Origin: Anaeramoeba ignava BMAN
Lineage: Eukaryota > Protista > Anaeramoebae
Reading direction: 5' to 3'
Assembly: GCA_028826165.1 (NCBI GenBank)
Contig: JAPDFW010000107.1
Coordinates: 62,001 to 126,000, forward strand
DNA length: 64,000 bases
Shown: positions 51,436 to 62,400 of the stretch, piece after piece
Layout of the letters: every line of letters begins with the position of its first letter
How positions within the stretch are numbered: position 1 is the stretch's first letter
The notes under the pieces: generated by a model
Database searches by the model: none
Told to the model about the DNA's origin: nothing
What the model saw: the letters and a program-made list of their open reading frames with translations, nothing else
Position numbers and translations under genes: made by a program

Positions 51436-51889
51436 ATGGATGTTTTGGTTTTTGAATGTCGAGAAGTTTCAAAATATGCTTTTTTCTCACCAACTGATGT
51501 AAAAAATTTATTATTTCATTTATTTAAAACAATTTAAACATCAAAACAAAATAAAATAAATGAAATAAAGCCTAAATTAAGTGAATCAATTATAGTCAAG
51601 CTTGAAGAATGCCATAATTTTAAGTTCAGTAAAACAAAAGAAGGTTTTTACATAAGAGTAAAAGATTTTTTTTTTAAAATAAAATTTAATCAAAATTTAA
51701 TCAAAATTTAATCAAAATTTAATCAAAATTTAGAATCTATCCAATTCATTACCTTTTCCAACTCTTCATGCTGAAATTATTCAAACATGCAAAGAACATG
51801 GATTTAAATTAACTCATTTTAGTATTCATTCTAATGATATTCGTTATTCTATTTTTGAAAGAGAACAAAAAGAACAAAAAGAGAATTAA
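51436..51889 (+). CDS. Array copy 10
   Basis: MDVLVFECREVSKYAFFSPTD|PKLSESIIVKLEECHNFKFSKTKEGFYIR|NLSNSLPFPTLHAEIIQTCKEHGFKLTHFSIHSNDIRYSIFEREQKEQKEN*. Confidence 0.82.
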
Positions 51890-52049
51890 TTTTTATTAAA
51901 ATTCAATTCAAATTCAATTTGATATTCAATTCATATTCCCCTTTTTTTTTAATCAAAATCAAAATCAAATTAAAAATCCAAAAATAAAAAAAGCAAAATT
52001 ATTTTTTGAAATTTTCAAATTTTTCATTTTTTTCAAAACAAATCAAAAA

Positions 52050-52471
52050 TAAAACAAAATCAAAATCAAAATCAAAATCATATCAAAATCAAAATCAAAA
52101 TCAAACTGAAATAAAAATTTAAAAAATCAAATTAAAAACAAATTTAAAATCAAAAATAAATGAAATAAAATAAAAAAAGCCTAAATTAAAATCAAGTGAA
52201 TCAAAATCAAAATCAAAAACTCAAAATCAAATGCAAAATCAAAATCAAAAGATGGAAGTTTTGTAAAAGGTAAAAAGATAAATTTCATAAATAAAATTAT
52301 AATAAATTTTCTAAATAAATTTTTATTTAAATTTTTATTAAAAATCAAATTATTCAAACATGCAAAGAACATGGATTTAAATTAACTCATGTTAAAATGC
52401 CTTCTGAAGATTTTTGTTATTCTATTTTTGAAAGAGAACAAAAAGAACAAAAAGAAAAAAAAGAGAATTAA
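52050..52471 (+). pseudogene. Array copy 11; 5' half largely replaced by (CAAAAT)n, 3' end intact
   Basis: QIIQTCKEHGFKLTHVKMPSEDFCYSIFEREQKEQKEKKEN* intact; islands AAAGCCTAAATT, AAGTGAATC and AAAGATGGA survive upstream. Confidence 0.68.
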
Positions 52472-52816
52472 TTTTTCCAAATCAAATTCAATTTCAATTT
52501 GATATTAAAATTGATATTCAATTCATATTCCTCTTTTTTTAATCAAAATTAAAATTCAATTTGATATTCAATTTAAAATTCAATTTGATATTAAATTTGA
52601 TATTCAATTCATATTCCTCTTTTTTTTAATCAAAATTAAAATTCAATTTGATATTCAAATTAAAATTCAATTTGATATTCAATTTGATATTCAATTTGAT
52701 ATTCAATTTGATATTCAATTCATATTCCTCTTTTTTTAATCAAATTAAAATTAAAATTAAAATTAAAAATAAAAAGCAAAATTATTTTTTTCATTTTTTC
52801 ATTTTATTTTGACAAA

Positions 52817-53285
52817 ATGAATACTTTAATTGTTGATCAAAATTATATATCTACTCACATTTGTCTTATTTTTAGTGAAGCTGATGTATGGAAATTATTT
52901 TATTATTTTTTTATTTTTTGGATAAATCAAATTATTAAAAAAAATTTTCAAATTTAAAAATTGTAAAAAATAAAGCCTAAATTATGGGAAACTCTTACAA
53001 CAAAATTTAAAGAAGTTCTTAATTTATCATTTGAAAAAACAAAAGATGCTGTTTGGAAATTAGTTTGTGTTCCATTTTTTTTGATTAGAAATACTATTTT
53101 TTTATTAAAATTATTTTTATTTTTGTTTTCAATAGAAATTACCTAAATCCCCAAATCGTATTCAAGTACATTCTTATTTAGTTGAATGGTGCAGAGATTG
53201 TGGATTTGAATTAACACATTTTCAAAGTGATCGTGATGTTCTTCATTTTATTTTTGAAAGAAAACAAAATTCAAATCAAAAATAA
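52817..53285 (+). CDS. Array copy 12
   Basis: MNTLIVDQNYISTHICLIFSEAD|PKLWETLTTKFKEVLNLSFEKTKDAVWKL|KLPKSPNRIQVHSYLVEWCRDCGFELTHFQSDRDVLHFIFERKQNSNQK*. Confidence 0.82.
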
Positions 53286-53294
53286 AAAATTAAT

Positions 53295-54330
53295 TTCAAA
53301 TCAATTTTAAATCAATTTTAAATCAATTTTAAATCAATTTTAAATCAATTTTAAATCAATTTTAAATCAATTTTAAATCAATTTTAAATCAATTTTAAAT
53401 CAATTTTAAATCAATTTTATATCAATTTTAAATCAATTTTATATCAATTTTAAATCAATTTTAAATCAATTTTAAATCAATTTTATATCAATTTTAAATT
53501 AATTTTAAATCAATTCCAAATCAATTTTAAAGTGATTTTTATATTAATTTTATTTTTGAAAGAAATCAATTTTCAAATCAAAATTAAAAATCAATTTTAA
53601 ATCAATTTTAAATCAATTTTAAATCAATTTTAAATCAATTTTAAATCAATTTTAAATCAATTTTAAATCAATTTTAAATCAATTTTAAATCAATTTTAAA
53701 TCAATTCCAAATCAATTTTAAATCAATTTTAAATCAATTTTAAATCAATTTTAAATCAATTTTATATCAATTTTAAATCAATTTTAAATCAATTTTAAAT
53801 CAATTTTAAATCAATTTTAAATCAATTTTAAATCAATTTTATATCAATTTTAAATCAATTTTAAATCAATTTTAAATCAATTTTAAATCAATTTTAAATC
53901 AATTTTAAATCAATTTTAAATCAATTCCAAATCAAATTTTAAATCAATTTTAAATCAATTTTAAATCAATTTTAAATCAATTTTAAATCAATTTTAAATC
54001 AATTTTAATATCAATTTTAAATCAATTTTAAATCAATTTTAAATCAATTTTATATCAATTTTAAATCAATTTTAAATCAATTTTAAATCAATTTTATATC
54101 AATTTTATATCAATTTTAAATCAATTTTAAATCAATTTTAAATCAATTTTAAATCAATTTTATATTAATTTTATATCAATTTTATGTCAATTTTAAATCA
54201 ATTCTATATTAATTTTAAATCAATTTTAAATCAATTTTAAATCAATTTTAAATCAATTTTAAATCAATTTTAAATCAATTCCAAATCAAATTTAAATCAA
54301 TTTTAAATCAAATCTAAATCAAATTTAAAT
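53295..54330. repeat. 11-mer (AATCAATTTTA)n intergenic repeat between convergent genes
   Basis: Direct inspection. Confidence 0.93.
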
Positions 54331-54750
54331 AAAAATTGAAATAAATTTAAATAAAAATTGAAATAAATTTAAATAAAAATTTAAATAAAAATTTCATTTG
54401 AAAAAATATTTTTTTTTTAAATTTTTTTGATTTTTCATTTTATGTTTTACGGTTTTTTTTTAAATTCATTATTAAATTGTTCTTTTTTAATGAATAAAAA
54501 TTTTTTTTAAAAAAAAAAGAAACCAAGAAAGAAAAAAATAAAAATTCCAGTTAAAAAGATGAGAAAGAATTTTAAAAATCATTCTCATAAGAAAACTGGA
54601 AATAAAAAAATTATTATTATTAAATTTGAATTGATTTTTGATTTTTATTTTTGTTTTTGATTTCTTGTTAAAATGATTTTTGTTTGTTTGGTTTTCAAAG
54701 AGAAAAAGAAAGAGAAACGAAAGCGAATAAAATCTATGAAATTCAAAGAA

Positions 54751-55686
54751 TCATTTCTTAAGGAATTTTTCCTTAAAAATAGCCCACATTTTATTCATCA
54801 ATTCCTCGATCATTTCGATATGATTCTGGGAATACGGCTCATCAGAATTACCGACACCAGCAAGGAGAACAATTTTCTCTCTGGCTTTTGGGTTATCAAA
54901 TATCGGGACATTAAGACACGAAGTTAACGGAAGATGACCTTGGGGGATACCGTGCTTATGGGTATGAGGTTTGGAGTAGTCATTGATAATGATTGCCTTT
55001 TTGGACTTGACAGAATCAGAGAAGACGGAGGGATGCGAAAGATCGAAGACTGTTGGTTTCTCCTCCATTTGGCAAGCATCCATGACATTGCGCGACCAAC
55101 TGTAGTTTGTGTACTCGGTTTCTTCTTTGTTAACAAACCCAACATAACCGATTTTGCTATTCGTCATCTTGACAATTTCTTTCAGGCAATAATCAGCAAT
55201 TTCTCGCGGTGTAACATCTGCCGAAGTGAGCACTGAATCATCCAAATTATCGAGCATTTTTTGGTCCAACGGCCGAATCACACATTGAATTTTAATTCCA
55301 CTTTTCAAACGAACAGGTGAAAACCACACGTGGCATTTTAAAGTTTCGCCGGACAAAGTGTGATATACCCAATCGAAGTCCGCAACCCCTGTTGAAAGTG
55401 CTTTCCCGATCTTGTAACGCAAGTTCTTGAGACTTGCTTCTTCTTTGTTTGGTTGTGTTTTTTCACTGAATCCAAAAATTGTAACTAACGTTATTTTGGC
55501 TAGTTCAATGTTGTCAAATCCAAATAATTTGTGATACGCTTCGTTCATTCCAATGTATTCTCCATTGTTTTCAATAAGGCATATTGCATCGCTGTGTTTT
55601 GCTATATTTGCTAAATAGTTTTTGATTGATTGCTTTTTTTTGGTTGTTACTGCACAAAATATTTCTTTACTTTCTTTTGCGCCCAT
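54751..55686 (-). CDS. PAS + GAF sensor-like protein with N-myristoylation motif, no output domain, intronless
   Basis: MGAKES (MGxxxS); PAS: DAICLIENNGEYIGMNEAYHKLFGF...FDWVYHTLSGE; GAF: IIINDYS...HGIPQGHLPLTSCLNVPIFD...LAGVGNSDEPY. Confidence 0.82.
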   Translation of the reverse strand: MGAKESKEIFCAVTTKKKQSIKNYLANIAKHSDAICLIENNGEYIGMNEAYHKLFGFDNIELAKITLVTIFGFSEKTQPNKEEASLKNLRYKIGKALSTGVADFDWVYHTLSGETLKCHVWFSPVRLKSGIKIQCVIRPLDQKMLDNLDDSVLTSADVTPREIADYCLKEIVKMTNSKIGYVGFVNKEETEYTNYSWSRNVMDACQMEEKPTVFDLSHPSVFSDSVKSKKAIIINDYSKPHTHKHGIPQGHLPLTSCLNVPIFDNPKAREKIVLLAGVGNSDEPYSQNHIEMIEELMNKMWAIFKEKFLKK

Positions 55687-55900
55687 TTTATTAAATTTTA
55701 TTAAATTTTATTAAATTTTATTAAATTTTATTAAATTTTATTATTAAAAAAAAATCAAAAAAAAAAAGAAGGAAAAAAATGAAATTTTCAAATGAAAAAA
55801 AAAATTCGAAAATAAAAAATTAAAATTCAAATTTAAAATCAAAATTCTATTTTTATTTGATCTCTTTTAAAAATTTCATTTCATTTCATTTCATTTCATT

Positions 55901-56950
55901 TCATTTCATTTCATTTGTTTTCTCTTCATCTAAATGTATTATTTGTATCACTTCAAAAATCATTTCACCAACTTTTTCATCAGTTTCAACAGCATCAAGT
56001 TCTCTAAGAAGATAATAAATATTAAATTCACGAATCTTATCTCTTCCAAATCGAGTAGTTGTTAATTGAAGAATAATCCTTATAATTTCTTCTCTAATTT
56101 TGACATTAGAACCAAGATCAATTTCATCAGGAATATCATCTCGCGATAGAAAATAATCAGGTAACTCTTTAACTTCATACGGCTTCAAATTCTTCATCAT
56201 AGATTTGCTCATAATAAACCTTGTAATCTTCTCAAAAATTCTAAACTCAGAAATCATCCATTGATGTTGATCAATTTCAAAACAACAATTCTTCACAATT
56301 TCTAACACAATTTTCACAAATGATGAACCAACTGGGAATTCCATTAAAACATTTCCAATCACTTTGTAAATAATTCTACAACTTGAATCAAACACAAAAT
56401 CCCTTCCTTCTTTGATCTGCGTAATATTTAATATCACTCTGTTCATCAAAATTGCTAATTCTTCATCTTCAATAACATTTTCCACTTTCAATTTATTTTC
56501 TTTTTCTTTTTCATTTTCATTTCCAATAAATTTGCTATATTTTTCATAAAGAGAAATTAATTTCCCACCAAATTCAATCTTAAATAAAGCTTCAGATCCT
56601 TCTTTCACTCTTGTTATATTCCCAAGAAGCCATAAATAAAGCTTTTTCCTTGTTCTACCAACTGAAATCTCAGGATCAAGCAATGTCTTTATTGAATACT
56701 CTAAAACTCCAAGTTCAATCATCTTCTCAATACCTTCTTTTTGTTCTGCAATATTTACAAAACAAGATAGTATTTTTTCATCCATTTCTGGTTCTTCTTT
56801 ATGCTGAGATAATAAATCAAAAAGTATTGGAAGTGCTTGTAAAACCATTTTTTGTGATGATGGTTCTATTGTAAAAGATAAAAGATTTTTAACCGCAGTT
56901 AATCTAACTTCTGAATCTGGATGTTTTAAAAATGAAATTAATTGTTCCAT
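55901..56950 (-). CDS. HGH1: HGH1/FAM203 armadillo-type eEF2 chaperone
   Basis: MEQLISFL...EVRLTAV, KNCCFEIDQHQWM, LQLTTTRFGRDKIREFNIYYLLREL. Confidence 0.85.
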   Translation of the reverse strand: MEQLISFLKHPDSEVRLTAVKNLLSFTIEPSSQKMVLQALPILFDLLSQHKEEPEMDEKILSCFVNIAEQKEGIEKMIELGVLEYSIKTLLDPEISVGRTRKKLYLWLLGNITRVKEGSEALFKIEFGGKLISLYEKYSKFIGNENEKEKENKLKVENVIEDEELAILMNRVILNITQIKEGRDFVFDSSCRIIYKVIGNVLMEFPVGSSFVKIVLEIVKNCCFEIDQHQWMISEFRIFEKITRFIMSKSMMKNLKPYEVKELPDYFLSRDDIPDEIDLGSNVKIREEIIRIILQLTTTRFGRDKIREFNIYYLLRELDAVETDEKVGEMIFEVIQIIHLDEEKTNEMK

Positions 56951-57061
56951 TTTTTTTTTTTTTTTTTAAAAATGAAAAATGAAAAATGAAAAATGAAAAA
57001 TGAAAAATGAAAAATCATTTTTCTTTCTTTCTTTTTCTTTCTTTCTCTTTTTTAAAAAAAA
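56951..57061. promoter_or_regulatory. Compact bidirectional promoter between HGH1 and the ankyrin-BTB gene
   Basis: 111-bp divergent gap; (AAAATG)x7, which is TTTTCAT on the minus strand, toward HGH1; TCATTTTT toward the plus-strand gene. Confidence 0.6.
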
Positions 57062-59368
57062 ATGAATAAGAAAAAAGTTTCTCATCCTTTACTTAAAGCA
57101 ATTGAAAATGGAGATGAAAAAAAGATTCAAAAACTTATGAAAAAAAAGATTGTTTGCATTTCTTTCTTTTTTATATATTTTTAAAATTAAATTAATAATT
57201 ATAAAAAAAAATTAGCCAATTAAAATATTAGATTTGGCATTAATTAATTCTTGTCAATCTAAAAAAATTTCGATTGCCAAAGAAATTATAAAAAAGGGAG
57301 TAAATATTGATTGTGGAGAAGTAAGTAAATAATTTAATTTAATTTTAATTTAATTTAATTTTTTTTATTAAAACTTGATCCAAAAATAGATTTTTACTCC
57401 TTTACATTACGCGTCAATGTTTGGAGATGAAAATTTTTTGTTTCAAGTTTTAGAAAAAAAACCAAATTTAGAAGCAAAAACACCAGTAAATTTAAAAATC
57501 AATTTAAATTTAAAAATTAATTTAAATTTAAAAATAAAAATAAAAATAAAAATAATAATAAAAATAAGAATAAGAATAAAAATAAGAATAAAAATAAAAA
57601 TAAAAATAAGAATAAGAATAAGAATAAAAATAAGAATAAAAATAAAAATAAAAATATGATCTTGTTTTGTTTTTTGTTTTTGATTAGGATGTAAATAATA
57701 ACATTAAAAAAAAAAACATTTTGAAATTGAAAAATTGTTTTTGAATAATAAAAAAAGGGAGCAACACCTTTACATTTATCAACTCATCATGGACATTATA
57801 ATGTTGTTAAAATTTTATTAGAAAAAGGAGCTTATGTTGATTCTGTTACAAATGTTAAAATTTCATTTATAATTTCATTTATAATTTATAATTTATTTAT
57901 AATTTAAAATTTATTTATAATTTCATTTATAATTTCATTTATAATTTCATTTAAAATTCATTTATAATTTATTTATAATTTAAAATTCATTTAGAATTTA
58001 TTTATAATTTAAAATTTATTTATAATTTATAATTTATTTATAATTTAAAATTTATTTATAATTTCGTTTATAAATTAAAATTAATTTATAATTTATAATT
58101 TAAAATTAATTTAAAATTTGATTATAATTTAGAATGTAAATTTTTATAAAATTATTTTGTAATTTTTATTTTTATTTTTATTTTTATTTTTATTTAAATA
58201 GGGAAGTACACCTTTAAGATTTGCAGCAAAATATGGTAGATTTGAAATTGCTCAACTTCTTGTTAAATTTGGAGCAAAAATTGAATCAAGAAATAATGTA
58301 AATTCTTTTTTAAATTTCTTTTTTTAATTTTAAATTGAAATTTCTTTTTTAGGATGTAAAAGAAAATTTTATATTTTCTAAAATCCATTTTTAAATTTTT
58401 ATTTAAATATTTATATTAGGGATGGTCTCCTATTCATTTTGCAATTAGATTCCATCATGAAGAATTAGTAGATTTAATGTTAATAAATGGAAATAACGAT
58501 GATTATGTTACAAATGTATCATTTTAGAAAATTTATTTATTTATATTTAAATTTAAATTTAATTTCAAAATTAGGAAGTAAATTTTAAATTATTTTATCA
58601 TTTTTTTTATTTATTTGTTTGTTTATTTATTAGGGACTTAGTTTAATTGATCTCGCAGAAAATATTCAAATTAAAGAAAAAGTCTCAAAATATTTAGACC
58701 AAATTAAAAGTTTCCAAAAAGATTTTTTGGATCTTTATGAAAAACAAGAGTTTTTTGATCATGAAATTATTGTCAAAGATGGGAAAATTTCTGTTCACAA
58801 ATTAATCATCAACACAAGAATTTCGCCACATTCTCTTTTAGATTTCGAAATTCAATGCAAAAAATTAAAGAGAAATGAAGCAGAATTGTTGGTTAAATTT
58901 TTATATAGTGGGATAATTGAAAATAAGGAAAACGAAACAGACATAAAAAACTTATTGACAAAATGCAATTTTTCAGATTCATTTATTGAAGAGAAAACCA
59001 AAAAATATTCACTTCAAGAGGATTTGCAAAAATTATATAATAATGAAAAAACAAAGGATTTTGCATTAATAGTAAATAACAAAGAAATAATGGTTCATAA
59101 AATAATATTGATTGCAAGAAGTGATTTGTTTAGAGGAATGTTTTTGGCTGTTAAAGACAACTCAAATAAGGTTAATGATTACAGTGGATATTCTCAAGAA
59201 ACAATCAATCATCTTCTTTATTATATTTACACAGACCAAATTGTTAACAGTTTAAAAGATGATGTTATTCACGAATTGAAAGATAGTATTGATTATTTCC
59301 AACTAAATCAATCTTCTTCACTTGATTGGAAATTAAAGCAAATTCAATCAAGAAATCGAAATGATTAA
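57062..59368 (+). CDS. Ankyrin-repeat + tandem BTB/POZ protein; exons 57062-57151, 57216-57320, 57390-57485, 57688-57690, 57758-57853, 58133-58135, 58202-58297, 58353-58355, 58420-58515, 58575-58577, 58634-59368
   Basis: FTPLHYAS, GATPLHLS, GSTPLRFAA, GWSPIHFA repeats; BTB: TKDFALIV...VHKIILIARSDLFRGMF...LLYYIYTD; all introns phase 0 GT..AG. Confidence 0.9.
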
Positions 59369-59491
59369 TTTATTTAGAAATTGTTTTTTTTTTTATTTTT
59401 ATTAAAATAATGATTGAAAAAGAAAAAAAAAAATTTCAAATAATGTTGTTTTCTTGTTACAAACAAAGAAACAAAACAATTGATGATGTTC

Positions 59492-62400
59492 TTAATTTTG
59501 ATTTGTAAATTTTGGTTTCACATTCTCAATAACTTCAAAATTTGAAAAATAATCATGATTTTCAAGAAAGAGAATTTGATTTAATAACTTCAAAAGCTGA
59601 AGAATATTTTTGGTGAATTCTTGTAAATTTGAAACTGAGTAATTTTGCAATTTTTCTATTTCTTCAATTAGATGATTTGACTCATCTTGTTGTTGGAAAT
59701 ATTCTTTGATTGAAATTGGGTTTTCTTTTTCTTCCTCATTTTCTTTTTGGGAAAATTTAATAAGAAATTGATTGTGAATATAAGTGTGCAAAATATCAAA
59801 AACTATCACGAAAAGCTTTGGAAGTCGATAATTCATTTCGTGAATTGTTTGATCAAGCCAAGGAATTGAAATTTTGTTTTGCGAATATTTCAAACAAAGT
59901 TGTGAAATGCTGAATATTTTTTGACTAAAATCTTCTGTGTTAATTCTTTCATAATTTCCATATTGCTCCAAAAATTGAGCTGATATTATAAAAGTACAAG
60001 TAAAGAAACATCACAATACTTTTCTCTCTGTATTGAGGAAACGAGCTTTGGAATATCAAATCAAAGAAATTATTATTCATGTTTCTGAATGATTCTACAT
60101 TGAAATTTTCTGTTAGTTCCACTTCTCTTTCTTTCATCAAAAAACTCAGTATTAGTAAATTGAAATTCCCAAACTTGATGCAAGCTTGATTATCAAACTG
60201 CAGTCCTTGAATCACACTGATGATTGTGTTAATTTCTGTTGAATTTGATAAAATGCGAAAAGAGAATATTTCAAGTAATAGATAGAGGAAATCTTTCGAG
60301 TGGATTTTCTGGATAATATTCTTCATAAATTCAGCAATAAAAATCAATTTGTTCGTTTTTTGGAAAAATAATTTCATTAAAATTTCTCGTATTTTGGTTC
60401 TAGAAATGTTGAACAGATCAATCAAACGAAGAATCGAATCAGTTGTGTAATTGATTTCTGATAAGACTTCCACAATTTCTGAGAACAGAAACACAACCAA
60501 GTTTTCTGAAATTATTTTGAGACTTAAATTAGTTTCTTGTTCTTGAATATCAACCAATTTTTTGAGGTCTTCTTGGTCGCAATACATCAAGAAAGAGTTG
60601 ATGAACTGTTGGAGATCCTTTGTGTTTTGAGGGCTTCCTCGATAGTTTCTTTTGATCCGACTTTGTTGCGAAATTATGGCAACCTTGAGTATGTTATAAA
60701 GAAAATTCATGTAAATTTCGCTTTTTTTAGGATCTTTGGTTTTGGCAAAATTGCCAATCATTTTGCTAAACAAAACTACTAGAACAATTTTAAACTCAGA
60801 AGAATTCATCGTTTCAATAGATTCCGTGATATCATTAATAGGTATTGCTTCTCGAATTTTTTGCTTCTGTTCGGCCATGTCAACAATGATTTTATTCTCT
60901 TTTTTCTCGCTTTTGATGGGGTTTATGCTGAATATCAAGTGGTTTGCGAAATCAATTATAGAATTGTAAGTGTTTTCCTCGATTTCCTTCTCAACAGAAA
61001 TGTTTTTGCAAAAGAAATTGATAATTTGTGTTCTTTCTTCTTCGGATTCATAGTAAAAAACATTCCACAAAACAGATATAATTAACTTCAATCTACTTTC
61101 ACTCAGTTTCAGTGATTTTCGTTGATAGATACACTTTCCAATCAAATTTGTCAAAAGAGGAAATTGCAATTAAAGCATTATTCCCATTGATAGATTCTGC
61201 AAAATTTTGGATGAGTTGCTCATCAACAACAATTTTAGACCAGTCAACATATTTGGCAAGAGATTGGGAAAACGATTGTGAAATGTTTCCATTCGGAAAT
61301 TTGTCGAAATCCATAACAAATTGTTTGTAATCATGAGCAAAATTTGTGGAATCAACACATTTTTGGAATTGCTCACAAACATTCTCCATAATCTCGTCTG
61401 AAATTGTGATATTTTCCAAGAAATGGAAAACCTCCAGAAATGGGAGATAGAGAGTCTTGAAAATAAAATAATGAAATGATATTTTCGGATCCATTTGGAT
61501 ATTCTGTTGGGGTTCAAGAATGGATCGACTGGGTGATTTAAGTTGCGAAATACAATCGCAATTTGCAAGCAAATTGAACAATTTGATTAGATATTTCAAT
61601 AGCACTTCTGGGAAAACGCTGAACAGTTGGAAGCTCTCGAACTGCTTTTCTTCTGAATGTGTGTGATCGTTTTCGATAAATAATATCTGTGTAAATGACA
61701 CCATTTTTTCGTTTAGAAATTTGATTGTTGAGATGATTTCATCCAAAGACAATTTCGATGTAATTGGAAGTGCTAACAGAAATTCCCAAGTATTTGAAAG
61801 CTCCTTTTTCATCTTCAAGGAAATTTTTCAGCGCGAATCTGAGCAGATTAACATAGAAATTGGGGAATTGCGCTTGCAAATAATTTTTCAATACATTTTG
61901 CAAATGTATTAATTCAGCCAATTTTTTGGGATAAGGCTTCTTTGGAAATCGCGAGAAAATGAGCTTGAAAACGAGATGAAGCGTAAGATCCATTTCAGAA
62001 CTGGATATTTGATATTTATTCTCATTTTGGATCAACTCGTATTTTCCGCTGAGGCAAAATTCAGAATATAAATTGAGGAAAACTAAAATGACATTTTCAA
62101 AATTATTAATCGCAAAATTGTAGATTGGAGGGAAGAGTATTGAATAACCGTTGCATAACTGGAACATAATTCGGTTTGTCCATTTGATGTGGATAAATTG
62201 TATTTTTCTTTTTTGCTCTTGTTGCTGGCAAGTCTCCAAAAATCTGCTGAGGATTTCAAATGCCTTCTCAAGAAAGAAGATGGAGAATGGAACTTCTTTT
62301 GAGATCAGTGGGTATTTTGCGAGATGTTTGGAAGCTAGTGATCTGTTTTTGTTCAATGCTTCAATCATTTGAGCGTTTTTTTTGAATGTTGGAAACACAA

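Noticed and set aside
61090-61105. 7- or 10-nt GT..AG mini-intron (GTGAAAG/GTGAAAGTAG) fixing EPG5 junction 3
   Set aside because: Too short for spliceosomal splicing, and no equivalent at the other junctions
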